Shown: piece by piece, positions 1 to 6,948 of the stretch
Layout: each line of letters starts with the position of its first letter
Numbering within the stretch: the stretch's first letter is position 1
Source of the DNA: a virus
Taxonomy: Duplodnaviria; Caudoviricetes
DNA length: 26,466 nt
Reading direction: 5' to 3' (one strand)
Virus record (IMG/VR): IMGVR_UViG_3300032272_000061
Location: 1 to 26,466 of that record
The notes under the pieces: generated by a model
Database searches by the model: none
Seen by the model: the letters and a program-made list of their open reading frames with translations, nothing else
What the model was told of the DNA's origin: nothing
Made by a program: the position numbers and the translations under genes

Positions 1-1055
1 AGAGGGTATCGGCTCCGATCAATCACATTGTCCATAGCGCGGACCACGTGAGGGATATCCTTCTTGAGCAAATCCCAATTGAAACTCCAGACACCGCTTG
101 GTAGCTTGACCAGATATTTCACTGCGTTGAACGAGCCCAAGAGGCAGGCACCGTAAGGAGGGAGAGGCTGTTCGCCGCAAGGATTGGTCGCCGCGATCTG
201 TTCACAGTAATAGAGATTGTTCATCTCGTTGATACGGTCGATGAACAGGACTCCCGGTTCGGCCCAATCGTAAGTGCCGCGCATGATCATGTCCCATAAA
301 GCGCGGGCGCTAACTTCACGGTAATCGACACCGCCAAATTTCAGCGTGAACATGCCATCTGTCTTGACAGCTTCCATCAGTTCATCGGTAACTGCGATGG
401 ACATGTTGAAGCCACGGAGCGGACGCATATCCCAAGGAATACTTTCATCTGCGACTTGCTTGGCACGGATGAACTCTTCGATGTCAGGGTGGTCGCAGCG
501 TAGAACCATCATCTGTGCGCCGCGTCTGTTGCCCGCTGAGGAGGTAGCGCGGCAAACTGCATCATATATACCAGCAAACACAAGGGGACCATCTGTGGTG
601 CTGTCGACGCCCTTAATAATGTCACCAGAGGGCCGCAGGGTTGAGAAGTCGTAGCCTACGCCACCGCCTTGTCGCATCGTCGTAGCGGCCAGCTTGGCGA
701 CGTCCATAATGCTTTCCGGTGGGTGTGTCAGTGCCGTGGTACACAGGAGGCGCTCGGCTTCCGTGGGTCCGTCAACAAAACTGTCGTGAATGGTGGGCAT
801 GACAAAACAATTGTAGAGGGTAACGTTCTTGAGAGAACCAGCACCAGCCTGAACTCGTCCAGGAGGCATGAACCGCTGATCCATGGTGCATTCTCGGAAT
901 GCCATATAATGTTCGTGATTGTCTTGGAGGAAGCCAGCTACTCGATTTGATGCCTCCCTGTGATCTTCGTTTTTGCCTCGGTACTTCTCGGCACCAATCG
1001 CATCGCAGTGCGGATTTTGTGGACCAACCATTCGTCGCTTCTCCTGAGTTCGCAT
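1..1055 (-). CDS. nrdJ: Ribonucleotide reductase, probably class II (adenosylcobalamin-dependent); 3' end runs off the window
   Basis: Not in ORF track because no stop in window. Manual translation from ATG 1055 (SD GGAAGGA): MRTQEKRRMVGPQN...FMPPGRVQAGAG..NVTLYNCFV...MRQGGGVGYDFSTLRP...SAGNRRGAQM...DHPDIEEFI...GFNMS...WAEPGVLFIDRIN..NNLYYCEQIAATNPCGEQPLPPYGACLLGSFN; catalytic TNPCGEQ motif; no N-terminal ATP cone. Class II call rests on recalled similarity to NrdJ. Confidence 0.92.
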   Translation of the reverse strand, partial: MRTQEKRRMVGPQNPHCDAIGAEKYRGKNEDHREASNRVAGFLQDNHEHYMAFRECTMDQRFMPPGRVQAGAGSLKNVTLYNCFVMPTIHDSFVDGPTEAERLLCTTALTHPPESIMDVAKLAATTMRQGGGVGYDFSTLRPSGDIIKGVDSTTDGPLVFAGIYDAVCRATSSAGNRRGAQMMVLRCDHPDIEEFIRAKQVADESIPWDMRPLRGFNMSIAVTDELMEAVKTDGMFTLKFGGVDYREVSARALWDMIMRGTYDWAEPGVLFIDRINEMNNLYYCEQIAATNPCGEQPLPPYGACLLGSFNAVKYLVKLPSGVWSFNWDLLKKDIPHVVRAMDNVIDRSRYP

Positions 1056-1066
1056 TTGTTTCCTTC

Positions 1067-2305
1067 CTACATTCTAACGACGGTGACATTGTCAGCCGCT
1101 CTGGTTATCGCAGTATAAAGCCAACGCCATTTATCTTTGCGGAAGCAATAACTCTCGTCGAAGACGCAAACGCTGCGCCATTGTGAACCTTGTGCCTTGT
1201 GACACGTTAGTCCATATCCATATGCAAATTCTTGAGCCTCTCGCTTTTCGTACCAGCCGAGGTTCTCTTCCGTTCCAAGGAAGTGATGCTCGTGCGCGGA
1301 GATCTCTATCGAGGCCAGACTGTCTTCTGGGTGAATAGACATGAACACCTTTTGGTCCATGACGCCAGTGACATCAGAGACCTCGAAGATAGCCCCGTTT
1401 AACAAGCCTAACTCACTATTGTTTCTAAGGCAAACCAATCTGTCACCGACTACAGGCAGCGGATCCTCTAAACCTTTTAACTTACGAATCTTACTGTTTG
1501 TGAGACGCCGTGTCTTGTTCTTGCCGACCAAGATCTGATCGTAGGAAAGCATAGTTTCGGTATCTAGCTTTGTCCCTTGGGCATAGACTACACAGTTGTC
1601 GCCGTACTCTCCAGGTTCCAGAAGCACTTTATTCCGAGTGTCTGTGGCCATGCGGATGATAGGGCTTTCGCCAGCTTGGCGGTGAATATCAGTGAGCATG
1701 ACATCAGGTGTTATGTTTTCTGTGAAGAAGCCAGCGCCGCCGACTGGAGGCAGTTGTGCGGGATCACCCAAGACGAGAACAGGAATTCCAAACGACAGCA
1801 GGTCTCGGCCCATCTGGCCATCCACCATGGAACACTCGTCAATAATAACGAGGGCTGCGTCCTTGATAATACTGTCTGTATTTAGAACGAAGAACGGCTG
1901 TTCGGAGTTGTCGCTCTCGGTTTTGATATCGGATCGCAGGCGTCGTACCTTTGGGTGATCATCGATATATTCTTCTTTCATGTTGGCTTGAGTTAATTCC
2001 TTAACCAACATCTCGAGTTCGTGTTCCAGTTCAACCAGCTTTACTCGGCTCTTGTCTCTGGAATGATAGATAAGACTGTGTATCGTACAGGCGTTCTCAC
2101 AACCCTTTGAACGTAGGACGTGAGCGGCCTTGCCAGTGTAGGCTGCGAAGATGACCTCACCATCGATGCCTTCGGCTAAGTGTTTTGCGAGTGTAGTCTT
2201 TCCGGTGCCAGCATACCCAAAGAAGTGGAACACCTGTTGATCTCCGAAATGGAGCCAGTCGTTTACTTTTCTGAGAGCGTCTTCTTGTTGATTTGCGAAT
2301 AGCAT
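1067..2305 (-). CDS. RecD/Dda-like superfamily 1B DNA helicase
   Basis: Walker A GYAGTGKT, AYTGKAA, TIHSLIY, Walker B IIDECSMV, GDPAQLPPV, IHRQ, TCHKAQGSQW, YTAITRA. Start moved from 2317 to ATG 2305 because GGAG SD lies just upstream of it. Confidence 0.92.
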   Translation of the reverse strand: MLFANQQEDALRKVNDWLHFGDQQVFHFFGYAGTGKTTLAKHLAEGIDGEVIFAAYTGKAAHVLRSKGCENACTIHSLIYHSRDKSRVKLVELEHELEMLVKELTQANMKEEYIDDHPKVRRLRSDIKTESDNSEQPFFVLNTDSIIKDAALVIIDECSMVDGQMGRDLLSFGIPVLVLGDPAQLPPVGGAGFFTENITPDVMLTDIHRQAGESPIIRMATDTRNKVLLEPGEYGDNCVVYAQGTKLDTETMLSYDQILVGKNKTRRLTNSKIRKLKGLEDPLPVVGDRLVCLRNNSELGLLNGAIFEVSDVTGVMDQKVFMSIHPEDSLASIEISAHEHHFLGTEENLGWYEKREAQEFAYGYGLTCHKAQGSQWRSVCVFDESYCFRKDKWRWLYTAITRAADNVTVVRM

Positions 2306-2328
2306 GGGCTTCTCCATAGCACAGGTTA

Positions 2329-2359
2329 GGAGGGACAGGCTATCAAGACCTGCCCCTCC
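2329..2359 (-). other. Intergenic RNA stem-loop (11 bp with one G-U, 9-nt loop)
   Basis: Minus strand GGAGGGGCAGG-TCTTGATAG-CCTGTCCCTCC between SSB stop and helicase start; no U-tract, so not called a terminator. Confidence 0.6.
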
Positions 2360-2385
2360 AGTGAGATCCGTTCAGTCAGCCCAAC

Positions 2386-3252
2386 TTAGAACGGGATCTC
2401 TTCGTCGCCGTCGCCATCACCCGAGCCGCCGCCGCCCGAGGAGTCGCCGCCCGACCCTGTTTCCGAGACCTTACCTTCGGTTTCAGTGGCCGCTTTGGCC
2501 AATCCACCTTCGATCATCTCCCGGAATTCACGTGCCGCAGTCAGCATCGCCATACCAGCCTCGTCGGGCTTGATAAGTGAGCCGATCCAGGTATCGCCGA
2601 ACGGACGGATCAGCAAGTTGAAGAACGTCTTGCCTTTCGCAGTCTGCTTGGTGGTTGATACCTTGGCACGGTTCGCCATCAAAGGCGGAGCGCCCTTGAT
2701 CGTATACATCGAAGTCCACCAATCTTTCTGCACTTTGATCTTCGTGCTCGAGAATGGAAGCACACAGTATCCGATGCTCTCGGTCCCGGTCTCGTCCAGG
2801 ATGAGGCAGTAGACATAGTGTGTTTCGATGAGGTCCATACCGTCCGGAGTTTTGAACGGCATACGTTGGCCATCTGCGTTCTCAGGAGGAATGCGGGAAC
2901 CGCCATTCTTCTTGAGGATGTCCAGCACCAGCGGGGAACCATCTTCATGGGAGTCGCCGCGTCCGCCGCCTTTTGAGCGAGGAACCCATTCGGCCCAAAG
3001 GTGGTCCTTGTGGATCGGTTGAACGATGATAGGCTGCGGTACGATTTCGCCTGTCACAGAGTTAACCAGATCACCCGACTTGGCAGGATGGTCTTCGTCC
3101 TCGACCAGCACCGAGTTGCTCTGCATAACAGAGATAAACGGAATGGAGAGGTCTGTGACTTTGACGTCTTCAAAGCCCTCATGTTTGTGATCACCGTAGT
3201 CATAGTTCCCGACTTCGGTGGTGTCGGCTTTCGCCACTGATTTTCCAGCCAT
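2386..3252 (-). CDS. Phage single-stranded DNA-binding protein
   Basis: 288 aa; N-terminal GFEDV..DLSIPFISVMQSNS motif recalled from phage SSBs, Gly/Ser linker and acidic tip GDGDGDEEIPF like bacterial SSB C-terminal DDDIPF; between two helicases; SD AAGGA. Confidence 0.75.
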   Translation of the reverse strand: MAGKSVAKADTTEVGNYDYGDHKHEGFEDVKVTDLSIPFISVMQSNSVLVEDEDHPAKSGDLVNSVTGEIVPQPIIVQPIHKDHLWAEWVPRSKGGGRGDSHEDGSPLVLDILKKNGGSRIPPENADGQRMPFKTPDGMDLIETHYVYCLILDETGTESIGYCVLPFSSTKIKVQKDWWTSMYTIKGAPPLMANRAKVSTTKQTAKGKTFFNLLIRPFGDTWIGSLIKPDEAGMAMLTAAREFREMIEGGLAKAATETEGKVSETGSGGDSSGGGGSGDGDGDEEIPF

Positions 3253-3395
3253 TTGGCAAGTCCTTCATAAGTTAAAAGTTAGTTTGTTGATGGGACTTTA
3301 TATTCTGGCAGTCCCTGGACCAGTAGCATAGCTGAGAGGGCGGATCAGTCCTCCATTCGAAGCGGTTTCCCGCAACTCCATCCTTCATGGTCCAG
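3253..3395 (-). promoter_or_regulatory. Structured leader of the SSB gene with H-type pseudoknot (3292-3323) and GAAA hairpin (3362-3373)
   Basis: RNA: CUGGU-CCA-GGGACU-GCCAG-AAUAUAA-AGUCCC (S1 CUGGU/GCCAG, S2 GGGACU/AGUCCC), then 25 nt with no G, then SD; upstream GCGG-GAAA-CCGC. Confidence 0.6.
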
Positions 3396-3950
3396 CTATT
3401 CCTTCACCTTGGCGACACGTTGGCGGAAGATACCAAACGTCTCCTTGGGTAACTCTACACCTTCACCAAGCTGTTCCTTCACCCATGCGTTGAGTGTAGC
3501 GTGGTGAACGCTAAATTCTTCTGTCATGACCAGCGGCATTTTCTTGCTGAGTTTTGCAATCGCCTCTTTGAACTTTGCAGTCTGCTCGTCAGCGCCTTTG
3601 GGAAACTTGAACACGAACTCACGCTTCACGATGTGACCGTAGTCATGATCGTCCAACCACTTGATTGCTGGGATACGTTTTTCACCTGCGATCGAGGAGC
3701 GTATGTCTTCCTTGACCTCTAGGATACGCCCATCCTTGAGCGTCAGCTTGCCGTTCATGCCTTCCGTGGCGGCTGGAATGCGTACCTCTGCGATGTCCTT
3801 GCGAGCATCCTTGGCTTTCTCGAGCGCCTCTTCTGCCTCTGCGATTAGGACATCAGCCTCTTGCAGTTCATCTGCGAGTTGCATGAGTACGATCTCAAGG
3901 TTTCCGGGAATGCTGTCGTCTTTGAATGCGGCGTATGGATCATCGGTCAT
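3396..3950 (-). CDS. Phage hypothetical protein (coiled-coil N-terminus), replication module
   Basis: 184 aa, SD AAGGA, acidic coiled coil then VHHATLNAWVKEQL..G..LP...F motif recalled from proteins next to SSB genes in related phages; has its own promoter candidate. Confidence 0.8.
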   Translation of the reverse strand: MTDDPYAAFKDDSIPGNLEIVLMQLADELQEADVLIAEAEEALEKAKDARKDIAEVRIPAATEGMNGKLTLKDGRILEVKEDIRSSIAGEKRIPAIKWLDDHDYGHIVKREFVFKFPKGADEQTAKFKEAIAKLSKKMPLVMTEEFSVHHATLNAWVKEQLGEGVELPKETFGIFRQRVAKVKE

Positions 3951-3979
3951 CTATATATCCTTGGGCTATCCGTTTGCTC

Positions 3980-4008
3980 AACCTACTGCATCCAGCGGCA
4001 GGTGACAA
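3980..4008 (-). promoter_or_regulatory. Sigma70-like promoter candidate
   Basis: TTGTCA-17 nt-TAGGTT on minus strand in a 60-bp gap; same architecture as 5840-5868. Confidence 0.6.
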
Positions 4009-4010
4009 CA

Positions 4011-4349
4011 TCAAAATATCTTTGCGACAATCTCCGTGTACTCTCCATGTCGGCCTGACCATTGGAGAAACTTCACTTTTCCATCATTGTAGTGAGCAGC
4101 GACAGCGGTAGACATTCCAATCAATCCAGGATTACCAATGAGCAAAAGAAAGTCATCGTCATTGAACCCAGACAGCTTTTCGTGGATATCGCCGAGAATG
4201 AGTTCTGGGTTGAAAGGGTGAGCCGATGGGGAGAGGACATAGACGATTGCGCCCCACCTCTCGGCTTTGTGAATTGATGGGAACCGTGGCACCAGTTCCC
4301 GCTTGCTTGCGTCAAATTTCATTTGTTGTTGGATTGCGAATACCGTCAT
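4011..4349 (-). CDS. Phage hypothetical protein, 112 aa, small alpha/beta domain
   Basis: ATG 4349 overlaps the helicase stop (TGATG); MTVFAIQQQ...DDFLLLIGNPGLIG...KVKFLQWSGRHGEY. Confidence 0.8.
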   Translation of the reverse strand: MTVFAIQQQMKFDASKRELVPRFPSIHKAERWGAIVYVLSPSAHPFNPELILGDIHEKLSGFNDDDFLLLIGNPGLIGMSTAVAAHYNDGKVKFLQWSGRHGEYTEIVAKIF

Positions 4350-5818
4350 CAGATCCATTCCTTCCATGGGTCACCTTGGATTTCCACCGCGATGTCCTTC
4401 TTGTTTCGAAGATTGTTAACGATATGTTCGTCAACCGTGTCATTGGCTACGATGTCGATATAGTTTACCGGATGCTCGTCCATACCAGCACGGTGACAAC
4501 GGTCCTCTGATTGTAGCCGATCAATCAGACGGAAGCTGTTGGAGTAATAGACCATCGTCTTCGCTTGGGTCAGCGTAAGTCCCGGTCCGCCCTTTTGGGC
4601 TGTTCCCACGAACCACTGTGCATCACCAGCTTGGAAGGCCAGTTTGTTTCTCTCGGCAGTGTCATCATCAACCGAGCCATCATAGCGAACGGCGTCCTTG
4701 CCCAAGAGGTCCATCAGTTGGTCCACGTCGTGGGTGAAACGCGCCCATACAATAGTCGGATGGAAGGTCTGGTCACGGATACCTTCCATGACTGACAAGC
4801 GTGGGTTCTTGTTCGAAAACATGTGAACTGGTTCGTCTTCGCCGACTGGTACATAGTTGCAGGCGATCTGTTGGAACCGAAGCAGCTTCACGATCGGGAG
4901 TTCTGCTGTGATGATCTCGTCACCAACTTCCAGCATGAGTTCTTCACCGAGCGTCTCGTACGCGGCCTTCTGCTCGCGGCTCATATCGAAGTAACGCTTG
5001 GAATATAGTTTCGGAGGTAGATCAAGAACATCATCCTTGAGTACGCGGTCCGTGATTTCGGAAAGCCATTCCTTCAAGATATCGAGGTTTTGGTATTCCA
5101 GCAGCTTATCGTATCCTGGATCGTAACCATGCAGCTTTTGGCAATCAGCGCGTGTGAACCATCGCCCAAAGAACTGACGGAATTCTACGCTTCCGTGGAT
5201 ACCTTTGTTCTTCCAGAAGTATTCGTCGAGGAAACGAATTTGACTATAGAGGTCGAATGGTCCGACAGCCACGGGGGTTCCGGTAAGGATACGGCGGTAT
5301 TCAGCATATTTGCCAGACGCGACAATTGACTTGGTCCGCTTGGCATTGGGTGTCTTAATGTTATGCGACTCGTCGAGTACATACAATGCCTTCCGCTTCT
5401 TGAGGAACTTCCAAATGAATTCCTTTCCCTCCTTTGTCATGAAGGCGTTATAACTGATGAGCAGTATAGCAAGACCGTCCCAATTGAGCAAGGCGTTCAT
5501 ATTGCGTTTGTGGGCTTTGGTGTTCTTTTTGGCTGTGAGAAACACGGATACCATCGTATCGAATACGAAGTCTGGTGGCATGTGTTTTGGGATTTCGTCG
5601 GTGTTCCAGTTGCGCTCTACTCCTGGAGGAGCGACAACCACTAGGGCGTCAATTTGTTCTTGTTCATATAGATAGCAGGCTGTGTCAACAATAGGCTTTG
5701 TCTTCGCTGTGCCTTGCTCCCATAGTAGACCCCATGAGCGCTCTTCAACATGCTCTGTAAGGTGGCTCTTTTGGTGATCAAATGGGCTGATCACGTGGGG
5801 GAAGTCTTGAATATCCAT
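4349..5818 (-). CDS. SNF2-like superfamily 2 helicase
   Basis: PFDHQ, motif I EQGTAKT, VVAP, motif II LDESHNIK, ILTGTP, DLYSQ, GPGLTLTQA, QSEDRCHRAG; SD AAGGAG. Confidence 0.92.
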   Translation of the reverse strand: MDIQDFPHVISPFDHQKSHLTEHVEERSWGLLWEQGTAKTKPIVDTACYLYEQEQIDALVVVAPPGVERNWNTDEIPKHMPPDFVFDTMVSVFLTAKKNTKAHKRNMNALLNWDGLAILLISYNAFMTKEGKEFIWKFLKKRKALYVLDESHNIKTPNAKRTKSIVASGKYAEYRRILTGTPVAVGPFDLYSQIRFLDEYFWKNKGIHGSVEFRQFFGRWFTRADCQKLHGYDPGYDKLLEYQNLDILKEWLSEITDRVLKDDVLDLPPKLYSKRYFDMSREQKAAYETLGEELMLEVGDEIITAELPIVKLLRFQQIACNYVPVGEDEPVHMFSNKNPRLSVMEGIRDQTFHPTIVWARFTHDVDQLMDLLGKDAVRYDGSVDDDTAERNKLAFQAGDAQWFVGTAQKGGPGLTLTQAKTMVYYSNSFRLIDRLQSEDRCHRAGMDEHPVNYIDIVANDTVDEHIVNNLRNKKDIAVEIQGDPWKEWI

Positions 5819-5839
5819 AGTTGCTCCTTTTCTAATTGC

Positions 5840-5868
5840 ACCTTAGCCCAAGCAGGCTAGGGTGACAA
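5840..5868 (-). promoter_or_regulatory. Sigma70-like promoter candidate for the DNA-metabolism genes
   Basis: TTGTCA-17 nt-TAAGGT, ending 21 nt upstream of the helicase ATG; shares GTTGTCACC with 3980-4008. Confidence 0.6.
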
Positions 5869-5873
5869 CCTCG

Positions 5874-6135
5874 CTGACTCCCCTGACTTCATTCGTGAAG
5901 CGTCCCTTGGCCCCAAGTGAGGGCATCTCAACCCCTTGTTTTTATTATATTTATTTATCATTGACTTTACTTACTTTACTTACTTTACTAAAAACCAACC
6001 CCAGCTAAACGCGCCAGCCCCAGCAACCCGCAAACTAGGGGTGTCAGGCAAGTAAGTGAGGGCATCTAGCGGGTTTGCCTGCAATAACAACAGGTTAGAC
6101 GCTAGGAGATGCCCTCACTTGACTCTACTTGACTC
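5874..6135. repeat. Repeat-rich non-coding region, putative replication origin
   Basis: AAGTGAGGGCATCT at 5915-5928 and 6054-6067, inverted at 6107-6120; ACTTTACTT x3 (last ACTTTACTA) at 5964-5990; AT-rich tract 5936-5994; ACTTGACTC x2 at 6117-6135. Confidence 0.65.
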
Positions 6136-6158
6136 CACTAAGAGTTCTGATTGCGCTC

Positions 6159-6665
6159 TTAATGCAGCATCTCGTAGTGTGGTCCATCAATGAAGTCAGG
6201 TCCAGGATGCCGAATGGTGTACGCTCGGACAGCCTTTTTCATGGCGTCAGCGTATCTTTCTGGGCTGTCCAGGCTCTTGGGAGCGTACTCATCAAGTTCC
6301 TTGTCCCACACACCACCCCAGAGCAATTCGAGATCCATCTCACGGCTCAGATAAGCCATTGCACCAGCGATAGGGTAGATCAGCGGCCATTCCCAGCGCG
6401 GAGACCCAACGTAAGGAACGAGGTCCACGGCTTCACCGTAACCTGACGCCTGCTTCTGGTGTTTGGACTTGCGGTTGCGACCATCCAACTTGGACGCTCC
6501 ACGTTTGTAGAGTTTGTTCTGCATTGATGCAGTGCGAAGACCACCGTCCGCCAAGATTGTGAAGTCGACAGTTGTGATCTTGATACATTCCTTCACGAGT
6601 TCTACCAGCTTTGGGTGAACTCCCTTGAGGTTCTCCTTGGATCGCGTACCGAGATGATATGCCAT
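6159..6665 (-). CDS. Endolysin, M15-family L-Ala-D-Glu peptidase
   Basis: MAYHLGTRSKENLKGVHPKL, GLRTASMQ, SKH, AVD, WGGVW, DGPHYEM zinc-peptidase motifs; start moved to ATG 6665 just after the upstream stop. Confidence 0.9.
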   Translation of the reverse strand: MAYHLGTRSKENLKGVHPKLVELVKECIKITTVDFTILADGGLRTASMQNKLYKRGASKLDGRNRKSKHQKQASGYGEAVDLVPYVGSPRWEWPLIYPIAGAMAYLSREMDLELLWGGVWDKELDEYAPKSLDSPERYADAMKKAVRAYTIRHPGPDFIDGPHYEMLH

Positions 6666-6666
6666 A

Positions 6667-6948
6667 TTAACTATTTCTCTCCATTCTTTCCAGGAGCCGG
6701 TCAATGCGCGAGGACAGGTTCCCTAATGCTGAGTGAAGCCGCTCCTCGCTGAGCAGCATCTTTTGTTCCATGTCAGCAAGGCGAGTTGCTGAAACGTAAT
6801 CTTGTGCGACCTTGAGTTTGAACTCTGCAAGGTGTTCAGAGTTTGCGATAACCTTGCGCCACAAGTTGTAGACCATCGTTATGACGATACCTGCAACCGC
6901 GACTATGAGACCGAGAATTGAGATAAGTTCTGGAAGTGTGAAGTTCAT
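6667..6948 (-). CDS. Single-TM membrane protein with coiled-coil tail (holin or antiholin candidate)
   Basis: 93 aa from ATG 6948 (ATGA overlap with Rz1 stop); MNFTLPELISILGLIVAVAGIVITMVYNLWRK; directly upstream of endolysin. Confidence 0.65.
   Translation of the reverse strand: MNFTLPELISILGLIVAVAGIVITMVYNLWRKVIANSEHLAEFKLKVAQDYVSATRLADMEQKMLLSEERLHSALGNLSSRIDRLLERMERNS

Noticed and set aside
346-1186. Short ORFs 346-654, 669-950, 772-1089, 899-1186
   Set aside because: They overlap the ribonucleotide reductase frame (1-1055, minus), which carries clear catalytic motifs.
3279-3323. preQ1-I or SAM-II riboswitch (stem followed by AUCAACAAACUAA resembles a preQ1 3' tail)
   Set aside because: The loop lacks the ligand-pairing C and loop consensus of preQ1-I, SAM-II conserved residues are absent, and the downstream gene is not metabolic; an Rfam scan would settle it.
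5914-6121. Mini CRISPR array or MITE
   Set aside because: Repeats are only 14-16 bp, in mixed orientation with irregular spacing; no cas or transposase gene and no target-site duplication seen.
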